The position numbers were made by a program, and so were the translations under genes. Below the pieces are notes generated by a model that made no database searches, was not told where the DNA came from, and worked only from the letters and a program-made list of their open reading frames with translations. Positions 1 to 10,463 of a stretch of DNA of 64,000 bases are shown one piece after another; position 1 is the first letter of the stretch, and the number at the start of each line of letters is the position of its first letter. This DNA comes from Nitrospirales bacterium (GTDB lineage: Bacteria; Nitrospirota; Nitrospiria; Nitrospirales; UBA8639): NCBI GenBank assembly GCA_965203295.1, contig CBDBCZ010000013.1:864001-928000 (forward strand), written 5' to 3'.

Positions 1-2340
1 AAAATTGCTTAGACCAGCATGCAGACAGCTAGCTGGTATAAGGTACATATTCACCAAACATGATTGTAATTAATTCCCTGGGAAGTCCACCCATAAAGCT
101 ATTGGCGGTGGCAACTCGCGAAGCGAACGAGAGTGTGAAGCGTGCGTTGGAGAAGCAATCCGAGAATGGGAATGCCGCCGCCACAATAAAGATAAGATCG
201 AAAAGTACTTGAATTAGCCGCAAAATGGCAAAATCGCAAAGGTTTCTCACACGCAAAATATTGCAGCATTGCGGTAATAGGCCTATTCATCTTCTGAGTA
301 TGTGACGGCGAGAGGTCTGGGGAATCCCCAGGGAAGTCCTCTAACTGTAAACAATTCACTACCACTACAAAGTCATAGGCCATTTTCGGTCTACTGCCCC
401 TGAGGCGTGACGTAAAAATGCTTATCTATCTGTCTATATGGGTGTAAGTATGGTATGCTATAGGTCATGAGCTGGACTGTCGGATTATGTCGTCAATCGC
501 GATGTGGGCGTGGCGACGCTAGGATATTTTTCTCGGGGCAGATTGTTCAAAGATGAGCCATGGCTGCTATAGGCCTATAGGAGAGGTTGTGCTGCTTGAG
601 TCATATTCGCTTTGCTCGGTCGTACCATAGCTAGCAGAGTAGAAGGTACTTCTACTCAACTATCTAGTGCTGATAGTTATCTCTACTTCTACCGAGGCTA
701 CAGCTAGCTAATGTGGTAGCTGTAGTAAGCTCCGGGTAATTGCCGGGATCTCTGACCCTTCTTGCATTGTAGGTTACGAAGATGGTATGCTTGTGCCAGT
801 GACACCATTTTGCATGTGCCTTCATAAAGCACCATATAAATTATTTGGTCATAACTCAAACTGGAGAAACCCTACATTAGTTTGCGCATGTTATAAATTG
901 CTAACTGCTATCGGGATCATAAATGTAGCTAGTAGCATTAAAAGTTGCCACCTGTCAGAATTGCAACATGGTTGCACTGTCATCACTCTCAAAATTGCTT
1001 TATAGACCAGCCTGCAGACAGCTAGCTGGTATAACATTATTGCAAACATATTAATTATAATAGGTCTATTCATCTTCTGAGTATGTGCCGGCAAGAGGTC
1101 TGGGGAATCCCCAGGGAAGTCCTCTAACTGTAAACAATTCACTACCACTATACCCAAGTACAAAGTACGGCGGGTGAGCGAGCTGCATATATCGTTACAG
1201 TGCTGTCTCATAGGCCATTTTTGGCCTGCTGCCCCTGAGGCGTGACGTAAAAATCTAATGTTTATCTATCTGTCTTGCTATAGGTCATGAGCTAGACTGT
1301 CGGATTACGTCATCAATCACGCCTATAGGAGAGGTTGTGCTGCTTGAGAGTCATATTCGCTTTGCTCGGTCGTACCATACATGTAGCTAGCTGAGTATAG
1401 AAGGTACTTCTACTCAACTATCTAGTGCTGATAGCTATCTCTATATAGAATAGAATATTTTAACGTCTCGTCCCAAGGACAGCAGGCCAAAATGACCTAT
1501 GAGACAGCATACAATTACAACTTCAAGAACTGTCGATAACAGTAACTGTTTTATTTCTAGTTCGGCTAGCAATTGGACTCGGGACTACAGGTAACCATTC
1601 ATAGCTATGGCGGGTATTTCCTCGTCTAAACAATAGGCCTGGGGTTCCACTGATTTCTCTATATGCTACCTCCTTAGCATGTTTGATCTGTAACTTCTTC
1701 ATAGTTGCTCTGCGTGGTGCATGTTGTTAGTGTACCATTCCCTTCCTCACGGTCTATGGCTTGGTCTAGCCCACTCTTCTGAACTGGAGTCCAACCTGCC
1801 TGCCCACCTTTTACAAACTTAACACCAGGTATGTCATCTCTCATCTCGTACATCACTGACTCGCAGGCAGTTAGGCTAATGGCTGCATGAAGTTTCAGAC
1901 AAATCCGTAGGGGTAGAAGTAGTGGGAGGGACAACTGGAGTTCCAGTCAAATCCGTGGGGGCATCAGTAGTGGGAGTGCCAGCTGGACATCTAGTCAAAT
2001 CCATGGGGATGGGAGTAGTAGGGAGAGCTACCGGAGTTCCAGTCAAATCCATAGGGGCAGGAGTAGCGGGAAGGCAACGGGCACCAAGAGAACACGATGG
2101 AGATTTTGGCTTTTCACACCTTCCTTGGCAAGGAGCTGACACTTCTGGAATTCCAGTAGAGTATGGTACGGTAGCTGTAGTAAGCTCCCTTTGGTAATTG
2201 CCCGGATCTCTGAGCCTTCTTGCATTGTAGGTCATGCGCGAACACGGCATGCGTGTGCCAGAGACACCATTTTGAACATGTGCCTTCATAAAGCACCATA
2301 TAAATTATTTGGTCATGACTCAAACTGGAGAAACCCTACA
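1..2340. repeat. Mosaic tandem repeat region (~1 kb rearranged units), TE-derived; paralogous units at ~14640-16200 and ~16728-17580
   Basis: Blocks recur: aattgcttagaccagcatgcagacagctagctggtataa at ~1, 991, 14751, 16728; taggcctattcatcttctga...aaacaattcactaccacta at ~278, 1061, 15496, 16919; ggccatttttggcctgctgcccctgaggcgtgacgt at ~378, 1213, 15596, 17083. Confidence 0.85.
1900..2072 (-). repeat. 48-bp tandem repeat (~3.6 units) encoding Pro/Thr-rich 16-aa units in a degenerate ORF
   Basis: caaatcc anchors at 1900, 1948, 1996, 2044; ORF 1876..2289 reads PMDLTGTPVALPTTPIPMDLT...PTDLT...PTDLS. Confidence 0.85.
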
Positions 2341-3527
2341 TTAGTTTGCGCATGTTACGTATAAATTTTGTCCCTCCCTTCATGGCAAACGATATTTATA
2401 TAGCTACGCTCCCTTTTTCATTGTAGCTAGCTATTTGCTAGCTAGCCACAGCTGTAGCAAGTAGCTAAACAGATTTCCAAAATATAACACATGGAACAAA
2501 TGTACTATGTATACGCTGAAGCCCTGAGAGTTGAGAGCACTAGCTACTGCAGGCTTTAGCTATATCTGGCGTACATAGCATTAGTATTGCTATTAGCTAG
2601 AACTCTATTACCCCTATAGTATCACAAAAGTGCAATTATTTCCATAATTGCACACTTTATTTTAGTTTAAGAGCCTAACGTTGTGCAGTCCTATAAATCA
2701 CAGTGCAAAGTGTACTCTCTATCAGCTCCCTTGCTTTCATTAGCATACTGTCAGAAAGGTGTAGAAAATAGCTATATAGCAATCTTCTTGCTCATCTTCT
2801 CTCTCATCCCGCACGTAAACAACACGTGCAAGACGTGATTGCACATGCGTTCACAGAGTGTATTCATACTTATAACGATGACTAACTCTTCTGGAAGTGT
2901 GTTCATCAGCTTCAAACTTCAAACTTTACACTATATGCTTTAGGTGCCACTGTTACCTCTTCAGCACGCACACGCTCTAGCTCTGGAAGTTTTTGCCTCT
3001 ATAGCCAGGCTGTCAGTTCTTCTGGGGACCCTCTTTCACACATCTAAAGCCACACATGCATGCACGAATATAAAAAAGTGGAATAGTGGGAACCCCTGTA
3101 TAATACATTGCTTGCACAGATAGCTACAGCTGCCAACGGCTATGTACACTCAACATACAGTATTATAGGAAATCCCACCCACTATAGATGAGATACAGCC
3201 GCAGTTTGGTTCACCCCATGCACACAGCAGTTTAAGCAAAGAATGCGAAAATATACCAAAAATATTGCTAGCTACAGCGTCTCACCCAGGGCCTACAACT
3301 TTAAATTACAAAGGTTAAACCTCACCCTAACCTTTTTTTATCCGTTCTTGGCAACCCATTGGTTGTCAGCCTGCTGCAGATGCACGTGCACATGTATATA
3401 CATCGGCTCGCGCTCGATTATATCATAACAATGCAACACAGTACAACCTGAATTTGTGACCTAATTTCCAAGGGGGAGGGGGAAGATACCAGTGAAAGGG
3501 GAAGGGGAAATGGAATACCCTACCCCC

Positions 3528-3730
3528 CTAAATGAAACCGTGTTTGGAAGACTGGCAGTGTCCGCTATTGCTCAATTTTATGATTAAGATTTACTCTTGT
3601 ATGAAATGCTTTTCCTCCTCCCCTTTTTTTCAGGACCACATCCTGTCCCAGCTGTGACACCAAGTTCCCTGTCTGCATAGCCTCAGGGCAGCCCCTGCTC
3701 GACTACCGCTCTTGGATGTGTTCCACCTGA
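3528..3730 (+). pseudogene. Inverted partial copy of WDR35 last intron end and terminal exon
   Basis: cag|GACCACATCCTGTCCCAGC... from 3634 translates TTSCPSCDTKFPVCIASGQPLLDYRSWMCST*, matching exon 39735-39900 (-); the upstream ~100 bp match the reverse complement of intron 39901-40000. Confidence 0.92.
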
Positions 3731-4287
3731 ATAAAGGTTACTTTAACATTGGTTTGGTTGCTGGAGCAGCATCTATACCATCTTCACATTGTGATGATAG
3801 AGGAACAATGTTTTGCTGATTGTAGTACCTTACTTGGCTATCATAGTGTGGAGAGATCGTGTCACATGTCGAAGGTCAGTAGCAACAGTTAGGCAAAAAC
3901 CATGACTTGTGACGATACCTGTACTACACAGATTATATAGCAGAAAGTATAATTTCGATAAACTACAATACATTTGACCTATACACACAAGTGGGCAGAT
4001 AGTCACGCTGTTTATGGTCTGTTTTGGGAACTGCCGTAAGAAAGGTCAGGACAGGTGATTGTCCTAATTGAAAAAAAAATGGGTCTGCAACTCCAGTAAC
4101 CAAACACAAATACGTATATAAGTGCGTGAGTGAAGCGAGTGCTAGTACTTGTAGTACAGTTATTTGTACTCAAGCAAGTAGCTAGTAAGCTACTTGCAAC
4201 ACCTACTTAATCTGAACTCTGAACTTGTGAAGCACTCATAGGAGTATGGTTCAGAAGAGAGAACGCCATTTATGTTTTGGGGGTTAA

Positions 4288-4430
4288 CCCTTTAACGACC
4301 ATAAGAAACAGCTTAAAGAAGCAGAAAAGCCTGTACAAAGTATTAACGCCTAGTATTAAAACCCCCATATAAATTCATATGGGCTTATGGGAGCTCATGA
4401 CGCATATATGCGTCATTGGTTGGTAAAGAG
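4288..4430. mobile_element. piggyBac-like non-autonomous element (TTAA TSD), 143 bp
   Basis: TTAA at 4284-4287 and 4431-4434; imperfect TIR CCCTTTAACGACCA vs CTCTTTACCAACCA; empty single TTAA at the paralogous site 19513-19516. Confidence 0.88.
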
Positions 4431-5514
4431 TTAAACGAGGTTAACAAAAGTGGGAAGAGGTTGGAGGCGTATACTGATGTTAACATGGCAATTTGTGAAA
4501 GGCTGGGAATGAGACTTAATAGCTTGAGAAAAGGCTAAGAGAGCAGTTTGCTGATCCAGTGCCTGAATCATGCATGCATGATCATAATAATATGATACTG
4601 TAAGGATGTATATATGTCCATCGTGATCATTACAATAGTAGAGAATGGATTCATGTCCATAAGTGAGGCTACACCATGGGTTCAATAGTTGAAAAGGATC
4701 TACTATGATGAAAGTTTGAGTGGGACATAATAAGAACAGGCAAAAATCGTTTTCCATGCACTGATTGTTGCAGCAGCAGAAGCATCTGCTTTGTGTGAAT
4801 ACCATTTCATAAGCAAAGAGCAACTCTGTGCCCTCACAGACACCCAATAGCTAACACCAAATTCCCTTGCCAAGCCTATAGTTACACAGAATGTAGTCTC
4901 TGATCTTAGGGTCTACCTTTGTTTATTGCACTTCTGTTTAAAATACTTTTCTCAAACACTCAACAAAGTTCTGAGTTGAGTTCTGACTTTAAACTAGTGT
5001 TACACACAGCTTCTACATGGGGAGCCACTCGATCATTATCAGTGGGGCAAGCAATAGAGGAACAATCTCATACTGGCCCACTCACGCAATTATTATGTGG
5101 CTATAGCTCACATCCGGGCTTATGTTTAAGATACTGTTTGGAGCTGCAACAGAAGCAGACATGTTTTAACCCTTGGATGTGAGCCACACATGCTATGACA
5201 TACAAAATGTTTACTTTTGTATTAACACAAATATAGCTAAATGCACCACAAAATTCGAACAACTTGGTAACACAACAGTGAAAGGGATATCTATTGCTAA
5301 TCTGAGAAATCTAAGAGAAAACAATTACACAATTTCACCAGTAATACAATCAAACATCATAAGAGAGACCATAATTGTAGCATAGATACACGGCTGTCAC
5401 AATCAGTTATTGTAATACTATTGGCCTTGTTCCGATATATCCCTCCCAGCAATCTGCCATTTGTGGTACTGGTGGCGACCAAAAAAAAAGGTCAAGGGGA
5501 GACCAAGAATGTTA

Positions 5515-7332
5515 CTACATGCTTCGGTAAGTGTTGCTGCTGCTTTTTTCTACCCTCAATGGCTCTCTGGTTCCTGTTTGGCCTCTGTTAGCCATCACTT
5601 CATACTGTTCTGGGTTCAGGAGCCTGTGCGGAACAGCAGCATCGAAATGTTCTTCTTCATGGTCTTGAAAGAAGCAGTGTAGCAGTTTGTGGCTCTTGAG
5701 CTTGTGTATGCAACCAGTTTTTTTATCGAGCAGCCAGCACGCAGAGAACAGGACAAAGTACAGCAGTGGGAGTGCGTATAGCACATCAGTTAAAATCAGC
5801 AAGAAGGTCGAAGAGTGACCAGTTAACAGTGCAGTGATAAAAATGAATGTAATGAGGATATAGATGGTACCTAAGATAGCAAAAATAACAGCATCTACCA
5901 CATTATACAGGTACACTTTGTAAGGCTGAACGAGAGCAAACAACAGTGCAATCCACCAATAAAGAAGTGCTGATACAGCAACGGCAATATATGGCACAGC
6001 AATAGAAAAGAGCAAAAGAACAATGATCCGAAGGAAGAAATAGAGTCCTGCAAAATATCGATAGTCTCGTGTGCCATTTGTGCCATCCTTGTAGCATCCT
6101 TGGAAAGCCTCAACAAATGTGCGAAGGGCTTGAGAGTTCAGTTTGCATCGTGTGAGACACTTTTGGAAAAAGGCAGCTTGGTAGAGTGTCAGTACAATGG
6201 GAGGTAGAGCAATGAAAGTCAACAGTACAACAATAGATAGTAGAGCAAGTGGGAGATGTTCTGCATGAAAGAATCGAATATTTGCATCATATGCAAAGAC
6301 GAATGTCTTCAGTAGCTTTCCTTGGCCATCGAACAGCCGTGTTGGGAATAAAAATCTTCCTGCCACGAATAATAGTTTTACATATGATAAAAGTATGAAA
6401 GTTGCAAAAGCATCGATTATGGACGTCTTTGGTTCAACACTTCTTCTAAAGCGGAGGAAACACCTTAGAAAGGGCCTCCAACAGTAAACAACAGGCCTGA
6501 AATCGCCAGCATGCAGTTGAATGCAGATGTAGAGAAATACAATGACAACTAATGGGTAAAATGCTAGTATATATTCAAGTGCATATGCTTGTAATGAACG
6601 AAGATGGCGTGTGAGACAAAATAGAGGAATGATAGCACGGAAGACATGCAAGTTCCACATGTCATATAGGGCAGCAACTACCACTGTGGACATTCTGTTG
6701 GGATATGTAAAAGTACCTTGTGCTCCCAGCACACTCATGGCGAAACTGATGCCAAGGAATGATGATGTGGAAATCTGGCTATAGAAGATGAAAGAATTAA
6801 TGGGTCCTGAAACAACACTGATGGCAAAGATTACAATCACTATGAAAATTACAGTGATTGGTAGATATGTGAAAGTAATAAATTTTATCCAACCATTGGA
6901 GACCTTACAGTTGATGCACTCTATGAGGCTGAAAGGTGGAACTGCAAAGCCATCCTGGCACTCTCCACAGAGCAAACCTTCTCTATTAAATGGACCACAC
7001 ACTCGTTCATTGAGATCTGATACTTCAGTAGAAAGTGGATAGTACAATTTATATGAGCCGTCTCTATAGGCTTGTTCACAGTAGCTAGCTACCCAGCTCT
7101 CAGCTCTCCAGTTTTATTGTCATACGTCATGTAGTACACGATCAGTATTTTGAGGCATTCGGTGAGTCTTCATCACAACTGATTATTTTACCAGGCCAGT
7201 CTGCACAAACACAGCTGTTTCCTTATCGCTTGTGAGACAAGGAGGACAATAAAGGGTGGCTGTGAATGACAACACAGCAATAGCTACTGTTACAATAACT
7301 ATGAGTATTCTCTTACTGTACACTGTAGCCAT
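5515..7332 (-). pseudogene. Cys-rich ectodomain multi-TM receptor-like gene, copy A, 5' end frameshifted
   Basis: 510-aa ORF 5515..7047 nearly identical to 20601..22415. From ATG 7330-7332 the frame reads MATVYSKRILIVIVTVAIAVLSFTATLYCPP, then shifts relative to copy B and hits TAA. Confidence 0.8.
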
Positions 7333-7816
7333 GTGCCGATAGTATAGCTATCAGCTACAGTGCACACAACTGCAAAATACTGTATAAGATTACAGCCAGT
7401 GCAAGAATTCAAAATTGTACTATAATTGTAGGTAATGATTAATTTAGCATAGCTAGCTATACTTTTACTGATGTAAGTAACACTTGCATTGTGTAACTGT
7501 ATGATTGAACCCAATCAATAATTTATTTTATAAAACATCTGCTTGACACAGTGTATTTTTGTTCTAAATGTAGTCATTGCTTCTATGCTGTCTATTCAAA
7601 AATCTTAGCACTAAATATTTTTATAGATTATGTATTGGGAAAGGTGCCCACATGCAAGAAATCATGGGATAGAATGAAAGATTATTGTGTTTCTGCAGGC
7701 TTAGCTTAGCGTTGATTCCAGCTGTCCCAGCTGGGACGAGGCTAATCATTATCTAAAGCTAAAGCTCTGAGTTACGGTGCCACAATTAACCTTTGACCTT
7801 CACTTAATTGCTCGCG

Positions 7817-7843
7817 GCCCGCCCACTTTTGCCTGTGTATAAA
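7817..7843 (+). promoter_or_regulatory. Candidate core promoter of NAT-like gene (GC box + TATAAA)
   Basis: gcccgccc at ~7817 and TATAAA at 7838-7843, ~40 bp upstream of ATG 7884. Confidence 0.35.
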
Positions 7844-7883
7844 CCGAAGTCCGTGAGTCCACAGTAGCTATCTCGATTTATCT

Positions 7884-8767
7884 ATGCATCTTAGCAAAGA
7901 GGAGGCTGTTTACTTTGTTACTGAAGTCCTTCGGATCAGTTCCCCACTGAGAAAGCTAGGAGAAGATCGCATGCTGTTCCTGAACGAACTCATCAAAGCC
8001 TTCCACTGTGCAGTCCCCTTCCAGAACATCACCCTTCTCTGTCAGTCAGAGGCAGACAGACATGTTCCTACCTGGGAGGAAAGTAAGGCAGCTGTAATGA
8101 GTGGCCGTGGAGGGCTCTGCTACACAGTAGGTGTCTTTATGATGTGCCTACTGGAGGCCTTAGGGTACGGACATATTTGCCTGCCAGTGGCATTTTCTTT
8201 CCCAACAACCATATTACTGCCATTGTGCAAAACCTGACTTACTCGGGAAGTAAACACCTTGTAGATACGCTAAGTGGTTATCCAACTTTTGAGGCCATTC
8301 CTCTTGATTTTGACAAGGAATCCCCCATTTACAATCACTCCTTCTTAGAGTACAAGTTTGTCAGAGAGGGTAACACCATTCTTCGATTCCATCGGAAAGG
8401 TGAAAACCGCCCCACCATTCCTGGTCGTGAGTATGTCTTAGATGGGTGGAGAAGAGTTTGCGAGATAGACTTGGTGCCTAGAGATCTTTCCTACTTTGAC
8501 CAGCCAATGACTGACGTGTACACAAAACCAGGAGTGAATTCTCCTTTCCTTGTGAGCTTCCGTGCAGTTGTGTACAGAGAACTGAGGCTGGTAGCCATCA
8601 AGGACACCACCCTGATGCTTGAAAATGAAAACCATGAAGTGGAGGTTACAAAACTGTCGAGCCGTGATGAAATGATTAGGACCACATTGAAATACTTCCC
8701 ACAGTTCACTGTTGAAGAAGCGACAAAGGCTATGCATAGTCTACACTTGCTTGAACCTCACTCCTGA
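7884..8767 (+). pseudogene. Arylamine N-acetyltransferase-family gene, intronless, one frameshift near 8166-8171
   Basis: Frame 1 has PFQN and RGGLC (catalytic Cys) ...LGY; the overlapping frame continues RTYL...NNH (His) ...LVD (Asp) ...GYP to stop 8767. One extra base would join the frames. Confidence 0.85.
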
Positions 8768-10463
8768 ATGTGCCGTTTAATACACTTGACAAGTATACGG
8801 ACTCCATACTTGTATTAGCACACTGAAATTGTATTCTTAGTGCATCATTGGTGTTTGGACTGTTGTAAAGGGAAGTGCTAATTATTGCAAAGTGAGCTTT
8901 AACCATACCATATCTTTATTCCCACAATGAGGGTGGAATTATGTTGGGTTACCTCAGTTGCGTTTGCAGTCTATGCCATGATCTATATACCACCCACTGC
9001 CACTTAGAGTGTTAAAGTTAAAGATACATATAGCTATACAATAATATTATCCTCGATTGTGCAATGAATATTTCAGAAGTGCAATCCAATGATAATGACA
9101 TGAATAGTGTTGAGTCCCACTCCTTTTGTTTCTATAGCACATGCATAGTAATTTGTCATGAATATTTCACACCGGTCTCTGCCCAGACACCAATGCCAAC
9201 AACAAATGAATTTTTTTGACTGACTGCCATGGATTTTTAGCTGCAGTAATACAGAGGAAGCTGCTTGTAGAACTATTATACAACTGAAGCTACTCATTTT
9301 TTTGATTTTATGTTAGCTACATTATTACTAGTACTGATAGTGCTATATAGTCACTATAGGTTAAGCATGGTAATGGGAACGTTCTCACTGACACATAACA
9401 AATCAAAGCTCCAGAAATGAAACCATATCACATTGAAAAGCCTTTAGTGTGCGGTGCCACACCTACCACAAATTAACTAATATGTGTATACCTCCAATAG
9501 TATCCACAATAGAGGTGTACCTGCCAGTTTATTTGAGGGGAAATCATGCATCATCATTATGCTAGCCTGGCAAAAGGAACACATAAAAATTGGCTGGGTA
9601 TACATGTAACTACCAAGTTTCTAATTAAACTGATTTTTGTCAGTGAGCAATGCTTACTAGCTAAAAAAGCAAAATTCATTTAGGACGTTGTCATGGAACT
9701 TTGCATATATATAATACCTGTTGTTCATTGCCTGGCACATGCACTTACAGTCAGCTATGGTCATACTATACTACTTCTACTACCACCCAAGGCTGCATGA
9801 AGTCAATATGTACCGTACTAAAACTGTATGCCATACGGTATACGAACTTCTTTGAGACATGCAAGTTAGCTAAGTGTCAGGCATCCTGTTCGCCGGCTAG
9901 AATGAGTTGTTGTTTTTTTCTCCCGGTTATGGTAAAAAGAAATATTACTCTTTCACTACCATGGCAATCGTTTATTAATAATGTGATCCTGCAACACCTC
10001 AACTTTCCTGGCACTTTGCAGTGCACTGAAGTCCCACTTAGGATGATCATCCTTTTTATCTCTGGTAGGCCTCATAATAATAGATATTCAAAAGCATTAG
10101 AGAAATAATTATGCTGGAATAATAGCCATAAATATTTAGGCCTGTGAGATTAAATTGGCTATATAATAATTTGTTGCTTATAGTTACTAACTTATACATG
10201 GGCTGAAGTATGTAAATTAATTCTATCTAGTTCAGCCAACCTCTACAGCTGCTCGAGTGAGTGTTCTCTGTCTTGCAAAACTCATTTACCAATCAGCACT
10301 ATTTGTCTCTAGAAGATTAAATTATTATAATTATTGGTTATGTTACAATACAATTGATGTTGAGAACGTTTTAATGTGTATGGTGAAATTGAATAATACA
10401 AGTTTAAAAGGGTAAGTCCAATAATATGTGAAAATAAAAGCATATTTAACATACATTCGTAAT

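Larger units (their letters stand above)
991..7390. repeat. Segmental duplication copy A (paralog of ~16728-22470)
   Basis: Near-identical sequence from ~2161 to ~6850 vs ~17397 to ~21940; paired near-identical ORFs in the track (3243/18472, 4431/19513, 5173/20259, 5461/20547). Ends are approximate. Confidence 0.92.

Noticed and set aside
29..1211. Short ORFs repeated at 15.2-17.1 kb (e.g. VVNCLQLEDFPGDSPDL)
   Set aside because: They recur only because the DNA repeat recurs; frames are not preserved between copies.
2700..3050. Exon-like minus-strand segments (MCERGSPEELTAWL*RQKLPELERV...; paralog ~17910-18280)
   Set aside because: In-frame stops and no recognisable family.
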